From: Candidatus Aminicenantes bacterium
GTDB lineage: Bacteria; Acidobacteriota; Aminicenantia; UBA2199
DNA length: 64,000 nt
Direction of reading: 5' to 3'
Assembly: GCA_030639305.1 (NCBI GenBank)
Contig: DAOWCY010000010.1
Coordinates: forward strand, 2,773 to 66,772
The notes beneath the pieces are model-generated. The model saw nothing but the letters and a program-made list of their open reading frames with translations, had not been told where the DNA came from and made no database searches. Of this stretch, positions 38,521 to 48,300 are shown piece after piece; position 1 is the stretch's first letter, and each line of letters begins with the position of its first letter. Position numbers and translations under genes: made by a program.

Positions 38521-41500
38521 ATGACAGAACATTACGATAATATTAAGCCAAAACCGGTTATTTTCCTGGCTTTTGCCAATGACCCACGCAGCTATTTAAG
38601 AAAACTTCCTGATGAGCTGCGGAGCATCAGGGATACATTGAAAAAATCCGCGGGCAAAATCTCCTTTGATGTGGTAGAAAGGGCTAATGCCACTATCGAC
38701 GATATACTGGATGTGTTCCAGGAAAAAAAATACCGCGACCGGGTTGCCGTATTTTACTATGGGGGACACGCTGAAAAGAGGTCGCTTTTACTGGAAAATC
38801 TCGAAGGTTTTACATCTCCGGCATATAGAGAAGGATTCGTGCCGTTCCTGGCTCGGCAAAAAAGCCTACAATTGGTGTTCTTAAACGGCTGCAAAACAAA
38901 AGATTACGCTGCCGAACTTGTGCAGGTCGGGATACCGGCGGCTGTCGGCAGCACACATGAGATCGACGACCAGGCTGCATCTAAACTGGCTATTCGTTTC
39001 TTTAACGGGCTGGCTAACGATTTGCCATTGGAACAGTCATGGCAGGAAGCCGGGGATCATATCAAAAGCCTGGATATTACGCTGTCCCTGGATGATCACG
39101 GGCAAGAAAACAAAGAATGCTTCCCTTGGGTGATCTTCTATAAAGATGACTCGAATGCAATAAAAAAATGGAAACTAAGCGATGCGGCGAACGATCCTTT
39201 CTTTAGTTTGCCACCCCTACCCCCGGACTATCATTTACCGGATAAACCTTTTCTCTTCCTGGAACGCTTCCGCAAACAACATGCCGGAATCTTTTTCGGA
39301 CGCTCCAATTATATCCGGGAATTATATTCGTTAATAAAGGGCAAAGGTTCCCCTCCCATTATTCTACTTCATGGTCAATCAGGCGTAGGAAAATCCTCAC
39401 TGCTGGAAGCCGGGCTGCTGCCCCGGCTGGAACAGTCCCACACGACTCTATACTTACAGCGGAACCGGGAAAAAGGGTTAACGGCAGCCTTAGAAAATGC
39501 CCTGGACGAACACATTTCCTCATCTAAGGAAAACATATATCCCGAAGGTTCGCTGCTTAAAGAGAAATGGCAAGCAATCGAAACTTACCACAGTAAACCG
39601 CTGCTGGTCGTTTTAGACCAGGTAGAACAAGTTTATACCGATGTCAACGAAGAATTACCCGGTGAACTTGAAGATTTTTTGTCTGCGTTGGAAACTCTTT
39701 TTAAAAACCCGGAGACTCTTCCTGGTGGTAAACTCATACTGGGATACAGGAAAGAATATCACCCGGAAATAGATGATCTATGCAAACTTCACGAATTGAA
39801 ATGTGCGTCCCTGTTCTTGAAACCTTTACAAAAGTCGGAAATCGAAGAGGTAATTGCCGGTCTAACCCTGACGCAGCGTCTGGTGGATAAATACCGTCTC
39901 AGCGTAGAAGCCCGCTTACCTGCCAGGATCGCAGATTACCTGTCGACGCAGCAAGGCAACCCCATAGCTCCGACCCTGCAAATCACCATGACCAAAATGT
40001 GGCAAGAGGCTAAAAAAAACGGTCGTTCCGCCTGCGAATTTACTGTAGAGCATTTCGAAAACCTGCGCAGAAATGGTCTATTGATGGAAGATTTCTTTAA
40101 ACAGCAGATGGCCCGGCTCAAAGAGCGCAAAGAAGAAGCCGTCGCCTCAGGGCTGGCATTGAGTATATTATTTTTTTTTACTACATCTTTGGGCACGGCA
40201 GCCCCCCGGGACATTTCTACGATACAACAAGCCTATGGACATCTCAACCGGGAAATAATAGAAAACCTGGTAAAACACTTAAAAGACTTATACTTACTCG
40301 CAGCTTACCGGGATAGTAAACACCAATTTATCCTGGCACACGACACCCTGGCGCCGATTGTCATTAAAGAGTATAACGAATCGGACAAACCGGGGCAACG
40401 GGCGGCCCGTGTATTGGCTGCTAAAATGGAAGACTTTAGACGGGAGGGTGACAGGATATGGTTAGATGAACCGGATTTAAAGATCGTTGAACAAGGCAAA
40501 AACGGGATGAGATTTGTAGATAGTGATGGAGAAAAACTCCTGGAAATAAGTCGTAAACAAAAGGCCCGGCAAGAGAAGTTAAAGAAGAGAATTAAAAGAA
40601 CCGGGATTTTTTTGATTTTCACGATTATCATTATCGCCATATTTGCATTATATAAAGCGATCGAAGCAAATCATGAGGCCAAAATAGCCGAAGCCAATTA
40701 CTTTACCGCCCTGGCCCGCTTAAAACTCGACAAAAACGACCCGGTCACTGCCATACGCTGCGCTGAAAAAGCCTATTACTTACACAAAACCAAAGAAAAC
40801 ATGCAAGTGCTCAGCGCTGCCGCTGCCACCACCTCGGAACGCCCCTTTTACAGCGCCGAAATGCGGCACAAACATGCCGTAAACCACGTGGAGTTTTCAC
40901 CGGATGGTAGGACAATTCTCACCGCCTCATCGGATAAAACCGCCGTACTCAGGGATATAAACGGCAAACCCATAGTCACCTTGCCGCACGACAGCGTGGT
41001 ATACTCCGCCCGCTTCTCTTCCCGGGGCAGCGAAATTCTTACCCATTCCAGGGAAAATACCGCCCGGCTGTGGGACTTGCAGGGCAATTGCCTAACATCT
41101 TTCCAACACGAAGATATCGTTTCCTCCGCCCGGTTCTCACCGGACGGACGGTGGGTTCTCACTGCTTCCGAAGATTTCACAGCCAAACTGTGGAGCTTGC
41201 GAGGAAACCCGGAAGCAGCCTTTACCGGGCATACCGACATGCTCAACAGCGCGGTGTTTTCCCCCGGCGGTAGTGAAATCCTTACCGCTTCCAGGGATAA
41301 AACAGCCAAACTCTACGACCTGGACGGTAATATGCTTACCGCTTATAGACACCGGGATAGTGTGACCACCGCACTTTTCACACCGGACGGACAGGCCGTT
41401 CTCACCGCTTCGCGGATAGATAACCTTAATCTATGGAATCTAAAAGGTGAAATAGTCACCGGTTTCCACCAACATAAAGACATGGTCAACTGTACCCGCT

Positions 41501-42885
41501 TCTCTGCCGATGGTAGACAATTGTTCACCGCTTATCACGGCGGCGCCGTTGTACTCTGGAATACTGGCGGCGCTCTTATTACGACATTCGACAAACATAA
41601 GGCCCCGGTCTATGCCGCGGTTTTCTCCCCCGGCGGTAAAAAAATCCTCACAGCTTCCGAAGACAACAGTGCCAAACTGTGGGACATGAAAGGCAATGTT
41701 TTAGCGGATCTAAACAAACATAAAAAAGCCGTTACCCATGCCGCCTTTTCTCCCGGCGGCAGTAAAATACTTACCGCGTCCCGGGACAACACCGCCAAAT
41801 TATGGGATTTGCACGACCAGCCTGCAAAAGAGCTCAACTTTCGCAGAATAGGCGTATCCACCGCGCTCTTCTCTCCCAAAGGCAGCCGCGTTCTTATCGT
41901 TTCCGATGATAAAGTCCTTCATTTATCCGATTTGCACGGCAATATTACCGCCACTATTAGCGGTCATAAAAAGATCATTAATACCGCCGCATTTTCGCCG
42001 GACGGCGCCAAAATACTCACCGCCTCAGCCGATAAAACCGCCAAACTGTGGAACATTAACGGGGATCACTTAAAGGACTTTAGCAAACATACGGCCAATG
42101 TAAATTCAGCGGCCTTCTCGCCTGACGGAACCAAAATACTCACCGCCTCTTTCGACGGCACGGCTAAGTTGTGGGATTTGCAGGGCAGCCTTTTAGTCAA
42201 TCTCGATCAACATACTGCTGCCGTGACATCGGCACTGTTCTCTCCCGGTGGCGATAAGATACTTACCGCCTCCTACGATAAAACCGCCAAACTGTGGGAC
42301 CTAAACGGTAAACTTTTATTAAATCTCAGGCCGCATAGTTTTCCCGTGACTTACGCGGAATTCTCATCCGGCGGTGCAAAAGTGCTTACTGTTTCCGTTA
42401 TTGTCAGGTTGTGGGATATAGAGAGCCACCGCATGATAGAGTTAGAACGGCCTACCGGCCCGGAGCATAAAACAGGCGTGCAAGACCGCAGTATTAACGC
42501 GGCGCATTTTTCGCCGGACGGCCAAAAAATAGTTACTGCTTCCAATGATAATACAGTACAGTTATGGAGCCTGGAAGGCGATCTTTTGGTCCAATTCGAC
42601 GCTCATAAAACGATTATCTATTCCGCTGTTTTTTCGCCCGGCGGCAGACGGCTGCTCACCGCTTCCGCCGATAAAACCGTTAAATTGTGGGATTTGCAAG
42701 GCAATATGCTGGCGGATTTCGACCAACATGAAGGAGTTATACGTTCGGCGGTATTTTCCCCGGACGGCCGCCGGGTGCTCAGCGCCGCCGCGGACAGCAC
42801 TGTAAAACTCTGGCTCACGCCGGAAGCTATTATCGAGTGGTTAAAAACAGCAAAAATCCCCCCGCTGCCCCGGGGGAAAATATAA
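38521..42885 (+). CDS. CHAT-nSTAND1 NTPase-TM-WD40 repeat protein
   Basis: CHAT YYGGHA/FLNGCKT; FFGR; Walker A GQSGVGKSS; Walker B VVLDQVEQ; TM GIFLIFTIIIIAIFALY; about 14 WD40 repeats (AVFSPGG.KILTAS.D.TAKLWDL). Confidence 0.92.
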   Translation: MTEHYDNIKPKPVIFLAFANDPRSYLRKLPDELRSIRDTLKKSAGKISFDVVERANATIDDILDVFQEKKYRDRVAVFYYGGHAEKRSLLLENLEGFTSPAYREGFVPFLARQKSLQLVFLNGCKTKDYAAELVQVGIPAAVGSTHEIDDQAASKLAIRFFNGLANDLPLEQSWQEAGDHIKSLDITLSLDDHGQENKECFPWVIFYKDDSNAIKKWKLSDAANDPFFSLPPLPPDYHLPDKPFLFLERFRKQHAGIFFGRSNYIRELYSLIKGKGSPPIILLHGQSGVGKSSLLEAGLLPRLEQSHTTLYLQRNREKGLTAALENALDEHISSSKENIYPEGSLLKEKWQAIETYHSKPLLVVLDQVEQVYTDVNEELPGELEDFLSALETLFKNPETLPGGKLILGYRKEYHPEIDDLCKLHELKCASLFLKPLQKSEIEEVIAGLTLTQRLVDKYRLSVEARLPARIADYLSTQQGNPIAPTLQITMTKMWQEAKKNGRSACEFTVEHFENLRRNGLLMEDFFKQQMARLKERKEEAVASGLALSILFFFTTSLGTAAPRDISTIQQAYGHLNREIIENLVKHLKDLYLLAAYRDSKHQFILAHDTLAPIVIKEYNESDKPGQRAARVLAAKMEDFRREGDRIWLDEPDLKIVEQGKNGMRFVDSDGEKLLEISRKQKARQEKLKKRIKRTGIFLIFTIIIIAIFALYKAIEANHEAKIAEANYFTALARLKLDKNDPVTAIRCAEKAYYLHKTKENMQVLSAAAATTSERPFYSAEMRHKHAVNHVEFSPDGRTILTASSDKTAVLRDINGKPIVTLPHDSVVYSARFSSRGSEILTHSRENTARLWDLQGNCLTSFQHEDIVSSARFSPDGRWVLTASEDFTAKLWSLRGNPEAAFTGHTDMLNSAVFSPGGSEILTASRDKTAKLYDLDGNMLTAYRHRDSVTTALFTPDGQAVLTASRIDNLNLWNLKGEIVTGFHQHKDMVNCTRFSADGRQLFTAYHGGAVVLWNTGGALITTFDKHKAPVYAAVFSPGGKKILTASEDNSAKLWDMKGNVLADLNKHKKAVTHAAFSPGGSKILTASRDNTAKLWDLHDQPAKELNFRRIGVSTALFSPKGSRVLIVSDDKVLHLSDLHGNITATISGHKKIINTAAFSPDGAKILTASADKTAKLWNINGDHLKDFSKHTANVNSAAFSPDGTKILTASFDGTAKLWDLQGSLLVNLDQHTAAVTSALFSPGGDKILTASYDKTAKLWDLNGKLLLNLRPHSFPVTYAEFSSGGAKVLTVSVIVRLWDIESHRMIELERPTGPEHKTGVQDRSINAAHFSPDGQKIVTASNDNTVQLWSLEGDLLVQFDAHKTIIYSAVFSPGGRRLLTASADKTVKLWDLQGNMLADFDQHEGVIRSAVFSPDGRRVLSAAADSTVKLWLTPEAIIEWLKTAKIPPLPRGKI

Positions 42886-42895
42886 GGAGACAAAC

Positions 42896-44404
42896 ATGAA
42901 ACAAAGAAAACAAACAAAATCCTATTTCGCCGGATTATGTATCGCCGGGATAATCATCCTGCTTTTGTCCGCTGCGGGTTATGGAAAACCCGTTAAAAAA
43001 AAGCATATCGAAGTGGCCGGACAACTATTGGAACACCTCAACCGGCAGTTGCCCGGCGCCAATATTAAAACAAACTTAAAAAAATGCACCGTGGAACCTG
43101 TAGGCAAAAACCGGTACCGGGTTATTTTTCGAGACTCTTTTTTCAGCACCGACCTGGCCTGGATCGCGAAAGCAATTAATAAAAGTTCCACTTTTAAAAT
43201 GGATGCCACTTCTAATTTAGATACCGCCCGGATCGACGAGATGGAAATCATCTACGGGCCCGGCCAGCAATATGTACGCCCATTATGCCTGAAAGGGATG
43301 AAGATCAATCGCGATATACCCGCTCACCTGCAAAGAATAGAAAAAGGCGATTCCGCGGCATTTAACGGTTTTAAGGTGACAGGTTATTTTGCCTCAGTAG
43401 AAAAATTAACCTTCAATGATAAGGAGAATATAGAGAAATCCGGTATTTGGAATTATCCCCATGTTATTTCCAATCTTTTAAATCCTATGTTCGATCCTTC
43501 CGGGTCGAATATGAAGGATTTGAAATTAGGACTGACCGGGATTACCAGGGACAAAGACGCCATATCTTTTACCCTGGAGATCGCGGGATTCAGCAGTGTC
43601 AAGGCGGGACTGGAAGACCCGGCTGTCGGGCATTATATGTTTAGTCCGGGCGCTCCCCCTCCCGATCTATCCAAAACGCTGGCAAAGGGAATGGCTGTTA
43701 CCGATATAAAAATCAATATAGGGAAAATAAAAGCTTCCTTAGAGAAAAACGGCTGCCCATGGGGCAGCGGCGTTATAGAAAATGCATTTTACTCACTTTT
43801 TATAAAACCCGATGAAACCGGGAAATCATTCAAAATAGGTTATAGTTTCGGCCTGAATAATGTACAAATATCGTTCCCCGGCAATAAAAATATCGAAGTA
43901 TTAGGAGATTTGAAAGAGTCCCTGTTTTTATTTTCTATCGAGCGAATACCCCCCAGGGCTATTATGGCTTTTATCGATATGGTTAAGATAGCGATCAAGG
44001 CCAGGGATGCCACCGATAATTCAGTTTCCCGGCAGATCGGTTTCCAGGCCATGAGATTTGTTTTGGAAGCAGCCAACTCAAAACCCGTGGCGAAATTTTC
44101 GCTTTCGCCGGTCAAGCACTATTTCGGGGAATTATCGGCACGAGCAGACATCCGGTTAAACGGTTTATTGGGACAGCCTGATGTAAAAATACTGCTTAAC
44201 CTATGCAGCGCGGCTGAGGTTTTAAAAAAGATGACGGAATCGCGGGTGTTTTCTCCTGCGACATTGACGGGAATTGCCGCTGCTATTAATATGTATATGG
44301 TCAAAAAAGAGAACGGTGACGCGGCGATGACCATCGAGATGAAATCCGGCCAACCGGGAAAAATGTTTTTGAACGGTATTCTTATGCCCATCCCGGGCAG
44401 GTAG
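42896..44404 (+). CDS. Exported protein of unknown function
   Basis: N-terminal signal/TM, long beta-rich body, AGGAG RBS. No motif recognised with confidence. Confidence 0.7.
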   Translation: MKQRKQTKSYFAGLCIAGIIILLLSAAGYGKPVKKKHIEVAGQLLEHLNRQLPGANIKTNLKKCTVEPVGKNRYRVIFRDSFFSTDLAWIAKAINKSSTFKMDATSNLDTARIDEMEIIYGPGQQYVRPLCLKGMKINRDIPAHLQRIEKGDSAAFNGFKVTGYFASVEKLTFNDKENIEKSGIWNYPHVISNLLNPMFDPSGSNMKDLKLGLTGITRDKDAISFTLEIAGFSSVKAGLEDPAVGHYMFSPGAPPPDLSKTLAKGMAVTDIKINIGKIKASLEKNGCPWGSGVIENAFYSLFIKPDETGKSFKIGYSFGLNNVQISFPGNKNIEVLGDLKESLFLFSIERIPPRAIMAFIDMVKIAIKARDATDNSVSRQIGFQAMRFVLEAANSKPVAKFSLSPVKHYFGELSARADIRLNGLLGQPDVKILLNLCSAAEVLKKMTESRVFSPATLTGIAAAINMYMVKKENGDAAMTIEMKSGQPGKMFLNGILMPIPGR

Positions 44405-44810
44405 ACTGTCCGGCGTACTGTCAAAGAAGCTCCCGGGTTTGGCTGCAGTGCTGTCCGATTCAAGTTTCCCGGTATTTCGGAGCGATTAATTCCAGTTTTA
44501 AATAAGGGATCATAAGAATGTTGCACTGCCGATGACAAAAATTTCAGGTAAAGTTTTAGGGGACAGGCAAGCCCCCCCCCCACTGCTTTTTTAGTGTGTG
44601 CAAACATCGATTTAGAGAAAATGAATTCTTTAATTGGGTGTAAAAAATTCTTAATCAGGATAATCGAATTCCTCAAATAGAGCGATAAGTTTCTTTAAGA
44701 GTGGATTAAATTTTTTCTAATAGAAAAGATAACCGCTTTTTATAATAATTCGGTCTCTTTAAATAGAGTAATTTTTTGCGTTTTCGGTATGTTTGTTCGC
44801 TCTTTATTGG

Positions 44811-44848
44811 TTGACAACACCGGGCAGGACGTGGTAAAATAACCTTAA
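44811..44848 (+). promoter_or_regulatory. Sigma70 promoter giving a probable leaderless XRE transcript
   Basis: TTGACA (44811)-18 nt-TAAAAT (44835) with TG extension; ATG 7 nt downstream and no RBS. Confidence 0.65.
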
Positions 44849-45315
44849 TGAGATATAAACGAAGATATAGACAAAGACGAAAACCTTTAGATACAAAGCC
44901 GGTTGCCGCCCGGCTGCGCCAGGTGCGCAGGCATTTCGGTTACAGCCAGGATGAAATGGCCGCTGTATTGGGAATCACCAAAGACACCTACGGCAAAAAC
45001 GAAAGAGGCTACCACCTGCCCTCAACCGAGAGTCTCGCCGCCATATACGACAAATTAGGCATCAATATAGAATGGCTGCTTTTTAACCGGGACGCCATGT
45101 CCTGGAAAGAACCCGGGAACCGGCAGGGTGTACATGAAGATATTCCGGGGGAACTTCCTTTTTTTGCGGAAGCGACAGAGATGGTGGATTTGATGAAACG
45201 TATTCCTTTTTTGCGTCATGCGGTTTTGGGTTTTTTCCAGAGATTCAAAATCGAAAACGAGCGCCTGATCCGCCGCTTTTTAGAAAAGGAAGCAGAAACC
45301 GGCGCTACCGGCTGA
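44848..45315 (+). CDS. XRE-family HTH transcriptional regulator
   Basis: RLRQVRRHFGYSQDEMAAVLGITKDTYGKNERGYHLPS...LGINIEWLL. Confidence 0.92.
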   Translation: MRYKRRYRQRRKPLDTKPVAARLRQVRRHFGYSQDEMAAVLGITKDTYGKNERGYHLPSTESLAAIYDKLGINIEWLLFNRDAMSWKEPGNRQGVHEDIPGELPFFAEATEMVDLMKRIPFLRHAVLGFFQRFKIENERLIRRFLEKEAETGATG

Positions 45316-45326
45316 GGGGATAAGGA
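45216..45326 (+). repeat. Direct repeat, left copy (3' end of the XRE gene plus downstream RBS)
   Basis: Ungapped 111-bp match to 51538..51648, about 11 mismatches by eye. Confidence 0.9.
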
Positions 45327-45334
45327 GGAAAAAC

Positions 45335-48300
45335 ATGAGCGACATTAATCAACCGGCGATTAACATCGGCAGCGGCAGCACAGGAAATATTATTGTTGGC
45401 CGTGATTTGAACTTGAATCAAACCGGTAAACAGGAAGAAAGCAGCGCCCATATGGACAGCGGAAAGGATTCGGCAAAAAAAATCCTTATCCTGTCCGCCA
45501 ATCCCCAAAGTACAGCCCGGCTGCGCCTGGATGAAGAAGTGCGAGAAATAGAAGAAGGATTGCAGCGTTCCAAACACCGCGACCGTTTCGAAATCCGGTC
45601 GAAATGGGCGGTGCGTCTTCGAGATGTGCGCCGGACACTGCTGGATTATGAACCGCATATCGTGCATTTTACCGGGCACGGCGAAGAAGACGGCCTGATA
45701 GTAGAAGACGAAATGGGCTTTCCTGTAACTATGTCAAAAAAAGCGATTACCGGGTTGTTTAAGCTCTTTGCGAGACATGTGCAGTGTGTTTTATTGAGCG
45801 CCTGCTATTCGGAATCGCAAGCCGCCGGCATCGGTAAACATATCGATTATGTCATCGGCATGAAAAAAGAGATCAAAGATAAAGCCGCCATTGAGTTTGC
45901 CGTCGGTTTTTACGATGCCTTAGGAGCCGGAAGAACCGTGGAAGATGCTTTCGGATTTGGGTGTAACGCTATCCTGACTGTTTATCCCGACCTACCTGAA
46001 TATTCAATACCTGTACTGAAAATACGAAATGGAGTGCAAAAAGGGTCAGGCAAACAGTTATCTGATAATGTACTTGAAAAAAGTAAGCTGCCGATAAATG
46101 CAGAAATTGAAAATCAAAAGAAAAAAATATACTTTAAAAAGCTAAAAAAAACGGCATACAGCAAGGTAACCGATGGATTAAGTAATGAAGACGGGTATTT
46201 CTTTAAAAAGTATATGACCAGTGTCTATCAAACCCGCCGCGAGGCCGAAACCGAGTTTTCAAATTTTTTGAAACAAATCGATAAACGTTGTTTTATTATC
46301 ACCGGAAGAGCCGGTAAAGGTAAAACCAGTTTGCTCTGTCATTTGTCCGAACAAATCATCCTTAACGAAACGAAGAGCACGTCGATATTGCTCAACAGCC
46401 CGGAATTAAACTTACAGGGAACAAACCTTAAAGAATACATTGCTACATTTTTTAATACGGAAGATATAAATCCCACTTTTGAAGAAATCGGGCAATGTCT
46501 ATCGGCTGAGGATGCGAAATTGATTGTCATCATAGACGCTATTAATGAATTGGAAGGAGAAATGGTTTTCTCTCTATTTAACGAACAAATAACGGAACTC
46601 TTCAATATTATTGATGAAAAAAAATACCCGGTCTTATTTTGCATTAGCTGCCGCTCTGAATTTTGGACTCAATTTAGCGGTGAGCAATGGGTAAAAGACA
46701 ATATTTTCGAACCTATGCCCGGTATCGAGACCCCCACCCATGAATTACAAGACTTCGAAGAAAATAAAATCGATGACATCATAAACGCTTATTTCCATTG
46801 GTATGCGATAGAAGGAAAAGTTATCGGTGAAGCGCGGGTGAAGTGCTGCGATCCCATCATGCTGCGCTACTTGTGCGAAGCATATACCAATCGAAAAAGT
46901 AATGATAAAGAAACATCCCCGGAAGAGACAAAAACCGTTAACATCGGTGTAAAAAAAATACTCCAACGAAAAGAGGTATTCAGGTTATTTGCAAAGAATA
47001 TCAGGGAGCGGATGTTCGATAGGGTCAAGAAAGAATTAGGGTTGAAAAATAAAGATACTTTGTTCAAACTTACCACCTATTACCTGATAAATATAGCAAA
47101 GTTTATGATGGAAAACGGACGTTCACATTTAACCGGTGATGAGGTATACGAAATTGCTCAAAAGATCGAACATCGGGATGGCGACCTGGGAAGAGATGAA
47201 TTCAAAGAAAAAGATAAACGCTCCGTTTTTTTCATGTTTATCGACGAAGGTATAATTCTTGACAAGCGCGGTACTCTTGACAAGCGTGGTATTCCCGGCA
47301 AGTGCGGTAACGTGACCTACGATTTTGTTTTTGAATCCTATTTTGAATATTCCCTGGGCAGGTATTTTGCACTTAATAAATGGCCGGGTCTGCAAGGAGA
47401 CAACGGCGGCTCCAAGCAAGGTGTCGATCCGGTAGAAATAAAAAAAGATTTTAGAAAACAATTGAACCTCCACAACAAATTGATAAAAGAGAAGAATTTC
47501 ACCAATCTCTTGGGCGCTTTGGAATACGCAATCCTGGTTATAGAAACCAATGAAGACTACAAAGGCTATAAACATTATCCCGAACTGTTTATTGAGCTTT
47601 TCGAGATAATGATGGAGACTGAACAGTTTATATTCAGGCAAAAAGCCTTTGCAACACTTCGTGAAACACAATTATTAATGGGATACGATGTTGATGATAA
47701 AGATAATAAACTCCAACGGGTTTTCAATATTTTTTATAAGTTAACGAAAAAAGTCGATTTCGTTATTTCCTGGGACCTGGAACACACCATTGCCCAATTA
47801 TCGAAATATGAAGCTGATTTTGCCATCCGTCGAATGGTAGTCTGGGCTGAGGAAGGTGAAAAAGTACAACCGATGTTTGCTGCCCAGATCCTGGCGCGTA
47901 TCAGCGTTGCCAATCCACAAAAAGTCATCGAGGTTTTATTGAAGCTTGCCACTTTAGAAAAATACCGGGAAAATTTCTGGTTGGCCCGCTCATTGATCTT
48001 TGCGGCTAAAGAACTGGGAATGAATGCAAAGAAAACCGGGCTTGAAAGTAAATATATTAAAAAGTTGAGAGATATGCTGCGAAGTTTATATGAAGATACG
48101 AAGGTCCCGGTTTTTACAAAAGGGTTGGCGTTATCCGTACTTCCTTTTTTGAGCGACAAAGACCTCCTTTTACTGGAAAAAATCGGGGATTATGTGAAGC
48201 AAGAGACGAATACCTGGGCTGTCTGGAATTTGGCATATGAGCTGCGGGAATGGGTTAAACCGTTTGACGGTCCATATCATAATTCCGCATGGATTTGGGA

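Noticed and set aside
40860-42815. DGR or other nucleotide-level repeat system
   Set aside because: The repeats are ordinary WD40 coding units; no reverse transcriptase or adenine-specific TR/VR pair was seen.
44119-44676. 185-aa minus-strand ORF and other short antisense/overlapping ORFs in the track
   Set aside because: They overlap well-supported genes on the opposite strand or frame, and lack an RBS and domain motifs.
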